64,000 nucleotides of DNA from Candidatus Hydrogenedentota bacterium. Its GTDB lineage: Bacteria > Hydrogenedentota > Hydrogenedentia > Hydrogenedentales > SLHB01. A program made the position numbers and the translations under genes. Below are positions 29,440-38,889 of this stretch, piece by piece. The notes beneath the pieces were generated by a model. The model had not been told where the DNA came from and did no database searches. It saw nothing but the letters and a program-made list of their open reading frames with translations. Location: positions 96,001 to 160,000 of the forward strand of contig BTWA01000010.1 in the NCBI GenBank assembly GCA_045863295.1. The letters run 5' to 3'. The first letter of the stretch is position 1; the number at the start of each line of letters is the position of its first letter.

Positions 29440-29625
29440 ATGCGCATTCAGACGTTCATGGGAAAGGTTGGAGTGGAGGGCCTCACGGAGATGGACGAGC
29501 ACATCAACCAGTGGCTGGCGCAGCATAACGTGGAGCCCAAGCACATCAGCCAGGCGTTCGGGCAGTCGACGAGCCGGGACGGTTCACACACGGAGCCGGT
29601 GTTGATCGTGTCGTTGTGGTATTAG
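29440..29625 (+). CDS. 61-aa hypothetical microprotein
   Basis: RBS GGAGG; MRIQTFMGK...MDEHINQWL...LIVSLWY; genome-like codon usage. Confidence 0.7.
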   Translation: MRIQTFMGKVGVEGLTEMDEHINQWLAQHNVEPKHISQAFGQSTSRDGSHTEPVLIVSLWY

Positions 29626-29654
29626 AGCGATTTGCAGGCGGACGGGCGGTTTTG

Positions 29655-29683
29655 TTGTACGCTGTTGTGAACGGTGGTACACT
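29655..29683 (+). promoter_or_regulatory. sigma70-type promoter for the PTS-IIA fusion gene
   Basis: TTGTAC-N17-TACACT with an extended -10 TG. Confidence 0.6.
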
Positions 29684-29813
29684 ACGTAGCGGTACCGGCG
29701 ACGCCGGATACGCCCGGAGAGCAATCCCCGACCCAGAGTAGGGTCGTCGTATGTCCGGGCAGGCGCGACCCAGCGCCATTCCGCCCCGCGGGTTTCCTGC
29801 ACGGAGCGTACCC

Positions 29814-30680
29814 ATGTCCCAAACGGAAGATGAGAGGCAATACGTCGGCATGATCCTCACAAAATACATCACGAAACCCTGTATACTGCCGTCGCTTGAG
29901 GCGAAGTCCAAGGCGGATGTTCTGAAAGAATTGACCCATCTACTTTTTGACAAGAAGAAGATGGACGGGATGGAGCTTGCGCTGGATCAGATTATGGCGC
30001 GTGAAGTGACGGAGAGCACGGGGATTGGCCGGGGGATTGCGGTTCCCCATGCCCGGATCACGGGGATGAAGGGGTTGCAGTGCGCGATTGGGCGTGTTGA
30101 GTCCGGGTTGGATTTCAAGGCGATCGATCGTCAGCCGGTCCACCTGATATTTTTGATTTGTTATCCGCCGAACGAGCAGACGACGTATCTGAATTTTGTT
30201 GCGACGGTGGCGAAGCTGTTGAGCAACAAGGAGCACTTGGAGGCGATTTTGAAGGCTCCGGGTGCGGACGAGATATTCGACATCCTTGAGCAACGTTCCG
30301 AGACGTTTACGGAGAGCCACGAACAGCAGGTGCGGAAGCTGAAGACTGATCCATCGATAGCGAAAGTGCCGGATGCGCACGCGGATTTGATTCTGCTGGC
30401 GCGTCTTCAGTTGTGCCAGGAGATGTTGCAGGGCGCGCGGACGGGGAAGGTACAGATTCAGAAGCGTATTGACACGATCCGCGAGTTGGTGGAGCCGCGC
30501 ATCCTTAGTCACTACGACAAGCTGATGAAGCGTCGCGCGCCCGCGCTTGTGGCGGTTGAGGGCGACACGTGCCAGGGGTGCTTCATGAAACTTGCGTCGC
30601 AATTTGTGCAGAAGGTCCGGAACGATCCACACCATTTGCACACGTGCACGAATTGCAGCCGATTTATCTACGTGGTGTGA
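29814..30680 (+). CDS. PTS EIIA (Ntr/Fru type) fused to a C-terminal C4-type zinc ribbon
   Basis: AREVTESTGIGRGIAVPHAR, DFKAIDRQPVHLIF; then CQGC...CTNCSRFIY. Alternative start at 29850. Confidence 0.85.
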   Translation: MSQTEDERQYVGMILTKYITKPCILPSLEAKSKADVLKELTHLLFDKKKMDGMELALDQIMAREVTESTGIGRGIAVPHARITGMKGLQCAIGRVESGLDFKAIDRQPVHLIFLICYPPNEQTTYLNFVATVAKLLSNKEHLEAILKAPGADEIFDILEQRSETFTESHEQQVRKLKTDPSIAKVPDAHADLILLARLQLCQEMLQGARTGKVQIQKRIDTIRELVEPRILSHYDKLMKRRAPALVAVEGDTCQGCFMKLASQFVQKVRNDPHHLHTCTNCSRFIYVV

Positions 30681-30728
30681 TGTGCGGATTGAGGAATTGA
30701 GTCGGGGCCGAAGAAAGGATGGCCGAGA

Positions 30729-31211
30729 ATGAGTGGCGCAGATTTCGCCAAGCTTGCCGGTAAGATTGATTTGTTCAAGGGATTGCACCCGGAAGAGGTG
30801 AAGAAGATATTCGCCAAGGGCATGACGATGACGGTGCCCAAGGGGGACGTCGTATTTTACCAGGGAACCACGGGCAACACGATGTATGTTGTTTTGGGCG
30901 GGAAGATCGATCTCTACGACCACAAGCGGTTCATAGCGTCGCTTCGATCCGGGGACACGTTTGGCGAGATGGCGTTGATCAACCATGAGCCTCGCAGTGC
31001 GACGGCGGTGGCTTCGGAGACGAGCCATTTGTTCGCGATGAACGAAACGACTTTCGACAAGCTGATGACCAAGTCCGTCGCAATCCGTATTCTTTTGAAT
31101 ATCGTAGGTTTGATGAGCAGCCGTTTGAAAAATATGAACGGCCAATTGACCAAGTTGAAAGTACTGCTGGAGCAGAAGGCGGAGCAGAAGGAAGGCGCAC
31201 CGCAGTCTTGA
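30729..31211 (+). CDS. stand-alone cNMP-binding protein with C-terminal coiled coil
   Basis: GDTFGEMAL, PRSATAVA; no HTH. Confidence 0.85.
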   Translation: MSGADFAKLAGKIDLFKGLHPEEVKKIFAKGMTMTVPKGDVVFYQGTTGNTMYVVLGGKIDLYDHKRFIASLRSGDTFGEMALINHEPRSATAVASETSHLFAMNETTFDKLMTKSVAIRILLNIVGLMSSRLKNMNGQLTKLKVLLEQKAEQKEGAPQS

Positions 31212-31398
31212 CGGCGCGCGCGGGTCGGCGCCACGGGTAGGGGGCCGGCCCGGTATGGGACCCGCGTGGTCGGTCCATTTGCGATTTCGTGGGGTGTGAT
31301 CGAAGGCCGGCAAGCGGCCTCGACAGGAGCCGATATTACATGGTTTTGACGACGGGCGTACGCCCGCTTTATTCAGGGCCGGACCGGGGCCGGGTTCA

Positions 31399-32223
31399 AT
31401 GAAGATCCATCCTACGGCCATAATCGATTCCAGAGCAGAACTTGGCTCGGATGTTGAAGTGCAGGCGTACAGCCTTATTGGGCCGGGCGTGACCATTGGC
31501 GCGGGTACTCTTGTGGGTCCGCATTGCGTCATTGACGGCAGGACGGTGATCGGCGAGCGCAATCAGATCTATTCCGGCGCGCAGATAGGCGTTCGTTCGC
31601 AGGATTTGAAGCACGACCTGAGCCGTCTGGGCCGGCTTGAAATCGGCGACGGCAATGTAATCCGGGAACACGTTTCGATCAGCGCGTCGACACAATCCAA
31701 CGAGTCGGAAGACGCTCGCATAACCCGTATTGGCAGCGGCTGTCTGTTGATGACGTGTTCGCATGTGGCGCACGATTGTTCCGTGGGTGATGGTGTAATT
31801 ATTGCGAATTGCGTGGCGCTGGCGGGCCACGTCACGGTGGAGGACCGCGCAATCCTGGGCGGTCTGAGCGCGGTTCACCAGTTTGTTCAGGTGGGCACGT
31901 TTGCGATGGTTGGCGGCATGAGCCGTATTTGGAACGATGCGCCGCCGTACATGATTACGGACGGGAATCCCGCGCGCTGCGGCGGATTGAACCTTGTTGG
32001 TCTCAAGCGGGCGGGTTTCGACGAGGCGTCGCGGGCGCGATTGAAGCAGATATACCGGATCATGTTTCGATCGGATCTGACTGCGGCCCATGCGCTTCAG
32101 GAGATCGAGTCGACCGTTGGGCCGGGGCCGGAGCGGGATCATTTCATTGCGTTCGTCAAGAAATCCGCGCGGGGTTTGACGCGTCCCCGGAGTTCACGCC
32201 AGGAAGAGAAGCCCGCCGAATAG
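31399..32223 (+). CDS. lpxA: acyl-ACP--UDP-GlcNAc acyltransferase
   Basis: IHPTAII, QDLK, HVAHDC, LAGHV, VHQF, PPY, GLKRAG. Confidence 0.97.
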   Translation: MKIHPTAIIDSRAELGSDVEVQAYSLIGPGVTIGAGTLVGPHCVIDGRTVIGERNQIYSGAQIGVRSQDLKHDLSRLGRLEIGDGNVIREHVSISASTQSNESEDARITRIGSGCLLMTCSHVAHDCSVGDGVIIANCVALAGHVTVEDRAILGGLSAVHQFVQVGTFAMVGGMSRIWNDAPPYMITDGNPARCGGLNLVGLKRAGFDEASRARLKQIYRIMFRSDLTAAHALQEIESTVGPGPERDHFIAFVKKSARGLTRPRSSRQEEKPAE

Positions 32224-32281
32224 GGATTGCGCATCCGGGATCGCCCGGATTCGCGGCCATTGCATGAATTGAGGTTTTGTC

Positions 32282-33235
32282 ATGGCAAAGGTACGGGCCG
32301 GAGTGGTTGGCGTAGGCCATCTTGGCTATCACCATGCGCGCATCTACGCGGAATCGAGCGAAGCCGATCTGGTTGGCGTCGTGGATATGGATTCCGGTCG
32401 TCGCGCGAAAGCGTCCAGCGATTTCCAAACTCAGGGCTTTGATTCCATCGCCGAGCTTCTGAAGGCCGGTGTTGATGCGGTCTCTATTGTCGTTCCGACG
32501 CGCGCGCATGCATCGGCTGCGTGCCAGGCGCTGGAAGCGGGCGTGGATGTGCTCGTGGAAAAGCCCATAGCCACGACGTTGGAGGAAGCGCGCGCGATTG
32601 TGGGTACGGCGGCCCGGTGCGGCCGGTTGGTGCAAGTGGGCCATATCGAACGGTTCAATGGCGCGGTGATGCGCTTGTTCGAAGCGGTGAAGAAGCCCCG
32701 GTTTATCGAATGCCACCGGCTGAGCCCGTATCCGAACCGCGGCGACGACGTCAGCGTGGTTCTGGATCTGATGATACACGATCTGGAGATTGTGCGGGCG
32801 CTGGCCGGCGCGGCGATCACACGCGTGGATGCGTCCGGCGTATCGGTGTTCTCTCACTACGAAGACATTGCGAATGCGCGATTGCGGTTTGCCTCGGGGT
32901 GCGTGGCGAACATCACCAGTAGCCGTATATCCATGGAGCGCATGCGGAAGATCCGGATATTTTCGGAGGATGCCTATGTGTCCACCGATTACAGCGCGCA
33001 GGAAATAACTGTTTATCGCAAGAAGCCGGGGGCGATTCCGCCGGGCAGCAATCCGATGGAATGGATCGAGATTGACGTGTTGCCGGTGGAGCGCGAAGAG
33101 CCGCTCAAACTGGAGTTGCATTCGTTCCTGGCGAGCGTGCTGGACCGGAAGCGGCCGCTGGTGTCGGGCGATGATGCGTTGGAAGCGCTGGAACTGGCGG
33201 ATCAAGTCATGCGCGCGATTAAGGAAACAACGTGA
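32282..33235 (+). CDS. Gfo/Idh/MocA oxidoreductase, GnnA-like (UDP-GlcNAc 3-dehydrogenase)
   Basis: GVGHLG.HH, VEKP, QVGHIERFN, DVSVVLDLMIHD, SRIS; sits between lpxA and lpxB. Confidence 0.75.
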   Translation: MAKVRAGVVGVGHLGYHHARIYAESSEADLVGVVDMDSGRRAKASSDFQTQGFDSIAELLKAGVDAVSIVVPTRAHASAACQALEAGVDVLVEKPIATTLEEARAIVGTAARCGRLVQVGHIERFNGAVMRLFEAVKKPRFIECHRLSPYPNRGDDVSVVLDLMIHDLEIVRALAGAAITRVDASGVSVFSHYEDIANARLRFASGCVANITSSRISMERMRKIRIFSEDAYVSTDYSAQEITVYRKKPGAIPPGSNPMEWIEIDVLPVEREEPLKLELHSFLASVLDRKRPLVSGDDALEALELADQVMRAIKETT

Positions 33236-34353
33236 CGCGGGTCTATTTCGTGGCGGGGGAAACCTCGGGCGATGTGCATGGGAGCCATCTCATCCGCGCG
33301 TTGCGCGAAATGGAGCGTGAAATCGAATGTGAAGGGTTGGGCGGCAGCCACATGCGTGCGGCGGGGATGACGCTGCACTACGATCTTGCGGGCGACGCCA
33401 TCATGGGATTTGCCGAGGTGGTGAAGCACCTTGGCAAAATCCGGCGGTTGTTTCATGCGACGGTTGAGCGGTTGCGTTCGAATCCTCCCGATTGCCTGGT
33501 GTTGATTGACTATCCGGGATTCAACATCCGGCTTGCCCAGCGGGCCAAGGGATTGGGCATTCCCGTGGTGTGGTATATCAGCCCGCAGGTTTGGGCATGG
33601 AAGCGCGGCCGGATCCACACTCTTGCCCAATGCGTGGATCAGATGCTGGTAATTTTGCCTTTTGAAGAGGCGTTGTACCGTGACGCGGGCTTGGCGTGCG
33701 AGTATGTGGGCCATCCGCTCGTCGATCATTTCGCCGCGACGGATGTGGAACGGCGTTACGGCGACGACATGGTGATTGGGATCCTTCCGGGCAGCCGCGC
33801 GCAGGAAATCGATCGGTTGTTGCCGGTAATGCTGGAGGCCGCCGCGGGTATTCGGAATGCCCACCCGAACGCGCGGTTTGTGACGCCCTGCGTGGATGTT
33901 GCGCGCGAGGCTCAGGTCAAGTCCGTTGCGCGGGAATTCCCGTTGGAGACGTTGGTTGGCCGTCCCTACGATGTGTTGAGCGCGGCGCGTTTTTGTTTGG
34001 TGGCGTCCGGCACGGCCACCGTGGAGACGATGCTGCACGGTGTTCCGATGATCATTTTGTACAAGGTGGCTTCCATGACGTACTGGCTGGCCCGATGGCT
34101 GGTGCGTGTAGATCACATTGGCATGGTCAATATTCTGGCAGGAAAACGCATTGTTCCCGAATTCATCCAACATGACGCGGCGCCCGCAAAGGTGATCCCG
34201 GCGGCTCTGGAGTTAATCGCTGATTCCGAAGCGCGGCGGCGAATGATCTTCGAATTGGCCGAGGTCCGGGAGAAGGTGGGCGGTCCTGGCGCTTCGCGGC
34301 GCGCGGCCGAATCCGTGCTGGCCGTGATCCGGCGGAGGCGATGCGATGGCTGA
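33232..34353 (+). CDS. lpxB: lipid-A-disaccharide synthase
   Basis: AGETSGD, IDYPGFN, SPQVWAW, VGHP, LPGSR, SGTATVE. Confidence 0.97.
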   Translation: MTRVYFVAGETSGDVHGSHLIRALREMEREIECEGLGGSHMRAAGMTLHYDLAGDAIMGFAEVVKHLGKIRRLFHATVERLRSNPPDCLVLIDYPGFNIRLAQRAKGLGIPVVWYISPQVWAWKRGRIHTLAQCVDQMLVILPFEEALYRDAGLACEYVGHPLVDHFAATDVERRYGDDMVIGILPGSRAQEIDRLLPVMLEAAAGIRNAHPNARFVTPCVDVAREAQVKSVAREFPLETLVGRPYDVLSAARFCLVASGTATVETMLHGVPMIILYKVASMTYWLARWLVRVDHIGMVNILAGKRIVPEFIQHDAAPAKVIPAALELIADSEARRRMIFELAEVREKVGGPGASRRAAESVLAVIRRRRCDG

Positions 34354-37045
34354 ACGGATATTCCTGATCGACGGCACCGCGTTTGCGTTCCGGTCTTTCT
34401 TTGCGATACGCGGGTTGACCAATTCCAAGGGCCGTCCCACGAATGCCGTGTTTGGATTTGCGCGCGTGTTGCTGCGCATTATCCGGGAGCACACCCCCAG
34501 CCATATCTGCGTCGTGTTCGACGCGCCGGGCAAGACATTCCGCGATGATCTTTATCCCGCCTACAAGGCGAACCGCCAGGAAACGCCCGAGGATCTGATC
34601 AGTCAATTTCCGGTTATGCGTGAAGTGGCTGAGGCGTTCAATCTTCCGGTGATTGTGGAACCCGGCGTAGAAGCGGACGATGTCATCGGCACGCTTTCGC
34701 GGCAGGCGGCGGAACAGGGGATGGACGCGGTCATCGTGACCAGCGACAAGGACGTGCTCCAGTTGGTCGGCGTGAAGGTGAAAGCCTATGATCCCAACAA
34801 GGGCGACAACGGGGAATGGTATGGCATCCCCGAAGTGAAAGAACGGTTCGGGTGCACTCCGGAACGTGTGGTGGACGCGTTGGCGCTTATGGGCGATACG
34901 GCCGACAATGTGCCGGGCGTTAAAGGAATTGGCCCGAAGACCGTGAAGGCACTGATGGAAACGTATGGGTCCATTGAGAACCTTTACGCGCATATCGGCG
35001 ACCTTAAAGGCAAACAGCGGGAGAACCTTGAGGCGGGGCAGAGCCAATTGGCGCTGAGCCGGCAGTTGGTGACGATTAAGACCGATGTTGCATTGCCTTT
35101 TGGTGTCCAAGACTGCCGTATGCGCGAATTTGACCGTCCACGGTTGGCCGACCTGTTTCACGAATTGGAATTTCAATCGCTCCTTGAAGAGTTTTTGCCG
35201 GACTCGGCAGACGTGGAAGAGACCCACTACACGCTGGTTTTGACCCGTGCGGAACTCGAGCGGGTTATCGCGGAAATGCGCACATCGGGCAGGTTCGCGG
35301 TGGATACGGAGACTACGGGCACCGATCCGATGCAGGCGCGTCTTGTTGGGGTATCGCTGAGTTGCCGGGCGGGGACGGGGTACTACATCCCCATATCCCA
35401 CAGCGAGGAATCCTACGAATCGCTTTTTCAGGATGGGAGCCCTGCGGCGGCGCTGCCGGGCGAGGAATCGCTGTCCCTTTTGAGGCCGCTGTTGGAAGAC
35501 GCGACCTTGGAAAAGGTGGGTCAGAACATCAAGTATGATTTGGTGGTGCTGGCGCGGTCCGGGGTGGCGTTGCAGGGTATCGGTCTGGACACCATGGTAG
35601 CATCGTATTTGACAGACCCGTCCCGGATGAGGCATAATCTGGATGAAATAAGCCTCCACTACCTCAAGCGCAAAATGATCCCCCTGTCTGATCTGATTGG
35701 CAAGGGGTCCAAAACCGTAACCTTCGATAAGGTTCCCGTCGATCGCGCTTGCGCCTATGCCGCGGAAGACGCGGACATCACCTGGCGGCTATCCGAACTT
35801 TTCCAACCGCTATTGGCGGAGCGGGGTTTGGACGCGCTATACCGGGATGTGGAGCGGCCGCTGATCGGGCTTCTGGCCCGAATGGAGATGGCGGGGATAG
35901 CCATCGACCATGCGGTATTTGAAGAATTGAAGAATGAAGTCAGTGAGCGCCTGGGCGTGCTGGAACGCGAGATACACGCGGCAGCCGGGGGGCCGTTCCA
36001 GATTAACTCGCCCAAGCAACTCCAGGAAGTCCTTTTCAACAAGTTGAAACTGAAACCCGTGCGCAAGACCAAGACGGGGTACTCCACCGATGTGGAGGTC
36101 TTGGAAGAGCTTGCGCGGGACCATCCGCTTCCGGAAAAGTTATTGGAATACCGGGTGCTGGAGAAGCTTCGGGGCACCTACCTGGAAGCACTTCCCAAGC
36201 TGGTCCATCCGGAGACGGGTCGGATACATACATCGTTTAATCAGGCGGTCGCGGCGACGGGCCGTTTGTCGAGCAGCGATCCCAACTTGCAGAACATACC
36301 CATTCGAACGGAGTTGGGCCGGCGGATGCGCCGGGGCTTTGTACCCGGCGGCCGGGATTTGATGTTTGTCGCAGCCGACTACTCGCAAATTGAATTACGC
36401 ATTTTGGCCCACCTGTCCGGCGATGCGGCGCTGCAAGAAGCGTTCGCGCAAGACGCCGACATCCACACGGACACGGCGGCGCGGGTTTTCGGTGTATTTC
36501 CAGCCATGGTTACGCCGGATATGCGGCGACAGGCCAAGGCCGTGAATTTCGGGGTTATCTACGGAATCAGCCCATTTGGCCTTTCGCGGTCGCTGGGAAT
36601 CTCCACGGGCGAGGCCGGCCATTTCATCGAGAATTATTTCCGGCAATACCCCGGAGTCCGGATGTGGATCGATGAGACGCTGGAGAAAGCGCGCAAGGAC
36701 GGATTTGTCACCACGTTGCTGAACCGCCGGCGGTACATTCCGGAGATGAACAGCAGCAACATGGGCGAACGGAAAGCGGCCGAGCGAGTTGCGATGAACA
36801 CGCCGGTTCAAGGGAGCGCGGCGGACATCATCAAGCTGGCGATGTTGCGATTGGACGCTGCCTTGCGTGGCACCTCCGCGCGGCTCTTGCTGCAGGTTCA
36901 CGACGAACTGCTGGTGGAGTGCCGGGCCGAAGAGGCCTCACAGACGATGGAGACCATGCGCGTCGTGATGGAATCGGCGGCGGAACTTTCGACGCCTCTG
37001 AAGGTCGATGCCGCGATTGGAGACAATTGGGAAGCCATACATTGA
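34346..37045 (+). CDS. polA: DNA polymerase I
   Basis: 5'-3' exonuclease (LIDG, YKANR, EADD, GDTADN), 3'-5' exonuclease (DTETT), polymerase (TGRLSS, DYSQIELR, KAVNFG, QVHDEL). Confidence 0.99.
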   Translation: MAERIFLIDGTAFAFRSFFAIRGLTNSKGRPTNAVFGFARVLLRIIREHTPSHICVVFDAPGKTFRDDLYPAYKANRQETPEDLISQFPVMREVAEAFNLPVIVEPGVEADDVIGTLSRQAAEQGMDAVIVTSDKDVLQLVGVKVKAYDPNKGDNGEWYGIPEVKERFGCTPERVVDALALMGDTADNVPGVKGIGPKTVKALMETYGSIENLYAHIGDLKGKQRENLEAGQSQLALSRQLVTIKTDVALPFGVQDCRMREFDRPRLADLFHELEFQSLLEEFLPDSADVEETHYTLVLTRAELERVIAEMRTSGRFAVDTETTGTDPMQARLVGVSLSCRAGTGYYIPISHSEESYESLFQDGSPAAALPGEESLSLLRPLLEDATLEKVGQNIKYDLVVLARSGVALQGIGLDTMVASYLTDPSRMRHNLDEISLHYLKRKMIPLSDLIGKGSKTVTFDKVPVDRACAYAAEDADITWRLSELFQPLLAERGLDALYRDVERPLIGLLARMEMAGIAIDHAVFEELKNEVSERLGVLEREIHAAAGGPFQINSPKQLQEVLFNKLKLKPVRKTKTGYSTDVEVLEELARDHPLPEKLLEYRVLEKLRGTYLEALPKLVHPETGRIHTSFNQAVAATGRLSSSDPNLQNIPIRTELGRRMRRGFVPGGRDLMFVAADYSQIELRILAHLSGDAALQEAFAQDADIHTDTAARVFGVFPAMVTPDMRRQAKAVNFGVIYGISPFGLSRSLGISTGEAGHFIENYFRQYPGVRMWIDETLEKARKDGFVTTLLNRRRYIPEMNSSNMGERKAAERVAMNTPVQGSAADIIKLAMLRLDAALRGTSARLLLQVHDELLVECRAEEASQTMETMRVVMESAAELSTPLKVDAAIGDNWEAIH

Positions 37046-37183
37046 TGCCCTTGGCCGAAGCAAGGCCCTTGCCTCAAGGCCGTGAACATGAACCTGTTGT
37101 GGGGTTCGGTTTGGGCAAGCCGGGATTGGTGTGAAGCGGCACATAAACGCGTTAACCACTATAAAGACGCGAAAGGAAGGTTC

Positions 37184-38677
37184 ATGGTAGAGAAATCGGA
37201 CAAGACCCAAGACCGCCCGCGAAAGCCTGTGGGCAGGCGTATGCAGCCTGGCGGGGGCGGAAATGGCAGTCGCGGACCTGGCAGCCGCGGGCCGCAGCGA
37301 AATCACCGTGGCGATCGGGACCGAGATCGGGATCGCGATCCCATGCGGCGGCCCCGAATGGCCCCACCGAACATGGACATACAGGAGCCGGACGACAGCG
37401 ATTTGAACAATGCCGGCGGGCCGGAGCTGAAGATCGAGGATCTGAAGCGGATGACCATGACGGAGCTGTCCGACACGGCGCGCCGGCTCAACATCGACGG
37501 CTACGGCGGACTCAAGAAGCAAGACCTGATCTTTCGCGTACTTCAGAAATCGATTGAATCCACGGGATCCCTGTACGGGGAGGGCACGCTGGAAATACTG
37601 CCCGATGGATTTGGCTTTCTGCGGTCGAGCGACTATTCCTATCTTCCGGGTCCCGACGACATTTATGTATCGCCTTCGCAGATCCGGAAGTTCGGACTTC
37701 GCACGGGCGACACAATTCAGGGCCACGTACGACCGCCCAAGGAAGGCGAGCGTTACTTCGCGTTGCTGAAAGTGGAGGCGGTCAATTACGAAAGCCCGGA
37801 AGTGGCTCGTGAGCGCATTCTGTTCGACAACTTGACTCCGCTGCACCCCGACGAGCGGGTGCGTCTGGAAACGACGCAGAACGAAGTGGCGATGCGCGTA
37901 ATGGATCTCGTGTGTCCGATTGGCAAGGGGCAGCGCGGCTTGATTGTGGCGGCGCCTTTCACGGGCAAGACCGTGCTGTTGCAGAAAATTGCGAACAGCA
38001 TTACGACCAACCATCCCGAGATGCATGTGATCGTGTTGCTGATCGACGAGCGGCCGGAAGAAGTCACGGACATGTCCCGCACGGTGAAGGGCGAAGTGGT
38101 TGCATCGACGTTTGATGAACCGCCAGAACGCCACGTTCAGGTTTCCGAGATCGTGCTGGAGAAGGCCAAACGTCTCGCCGAACACAAGCGCGACGTGATT
38201 ATTCTATTGGATTCCGTGACGCGTCTTGCGCGTGCCTACAACGTGATCGTGCCCGCGAGCGGCAAGGTGTTGTCGGGCGGTGTCGATGCGAACGCGTTGC
38301 AGCGTCCCAAGCGATTCTTCGGCGCGGCGCGCAACCTGGAAGAGGGCGGCAGCCTGACGATACTCGCGACGGCGCTGGTGGAAACCGGCAGCCGGATGGA
38401 CGACGTGATCTTCGAAGAATTCAAAGGCACGGGCAATATGGAAATCCATCTTGACCGGCGCCTGATGGAAAAGCGAATCTTCCCGGCGATCGACGTGAAC
38501 AAGTCGCGCACGCGCAAGGAAGAGTTGCTGATGAGCGACGAAGAACTGCAGCGGATTTGGCTGTTGCTGAAAGTGCTCAGCCCATTGAGCGTCACGGAAG
38601 CCACCGAGCTGCTGTGTGAGAAGCTCAAGAGGACGAAGAGCAACGCCGAGTTCTTGACGATGCTGCAGAAGATGTAG
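37184..38677 (+). CDS. rho: transcription termination factor Rho with N-terminal low-complexity extension
   Basis: [37 protein letters not shown]. Confidence 0.99.
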   Translation: MVEKSDKTQDRPRKPVGRRMQPGGGGNGSRGPGSRGPQRNHRGDRDRDRDRDPMRRPRMAPPNMDIQEPDDSDLNNAGGPELKIEDLKRMTMTELSDTARRLNIDGYGGLKKQDLIFRVLQKSIESTGSLYGEGTLEILPDGFGFLRSSDYSYLPGPDDIYVSPSQIRKFGLRTGDTIQGHVRPPKEGERYFALLKVEAVNYESPEVARERILFDNLTPLHPDERVRLETTQNEVAMRVMDLVCPIGKGQRGLIVAAPFTGKTVLLQKIANSITTNHPEMHVIVLLIDERPEEVTDMSRTVKGEVVASTFDEPPERHVQVSEIVLEKAKRLAEHKRDVIILLDSVTRLARAYNVIVPASGKVLSGGVDANALQRPKRFFGAARNLEEGGSLTILATALVETGSRMDDVIFEEFKGTGNMEIHLDRRLMEKRIFPAIDVNKSRTRKEELLMSDEELQRIWLLLKVLSPLSVTEATELLCEKLKRTKSNAEFLTMLQKM

Positions 38678-38804
38678 CGGTAGGCGCGCGAGAATGGATT
38701 GGGCCGGCGAGACCTGTAAGGGTTTCACCCGCACCCGGCGTCTCCTGCAAGGGAGAGGCGTCCGTGGGCGCGTAGCGCGTGGCGTATCGACTTCAGTGAA
38801 TCAT

Positions 38805-38854
38805 ACGGAAGGCGGGATGGCTTGAGTGGAAGCCATCCCCCTTCCGTCCGTTTT
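38805..38854 (+). terminator. intrinsic terminator/attenuator hairpin between rho and trpS
   Basis: acggaag(gc)gggatggctt-gagtgg-aagccatccccttccgt, then ccgttttt. Confidence 0.7.
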
Positions 38855-38889
38855 TGGCATCGGTATTTTCAGGGGCGAAGGAAACCAGC

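Noticed and set aside
29940..31562. 540-aa minus-strand ORF and similar long antisense ORFs (3635-5083, 34163-35659, 36938-38185, 57916-59076)
   Set aside because: Shadow frames of well-supported genes in a GC-rich genome; no recognisable motifs.
38695..38826. Short ORF MDWAGE... as a Trp leader peptide, or a T-box for trpS
   Set aside because: Only one Trp codon, a weak RBS, and no T-box consensus.
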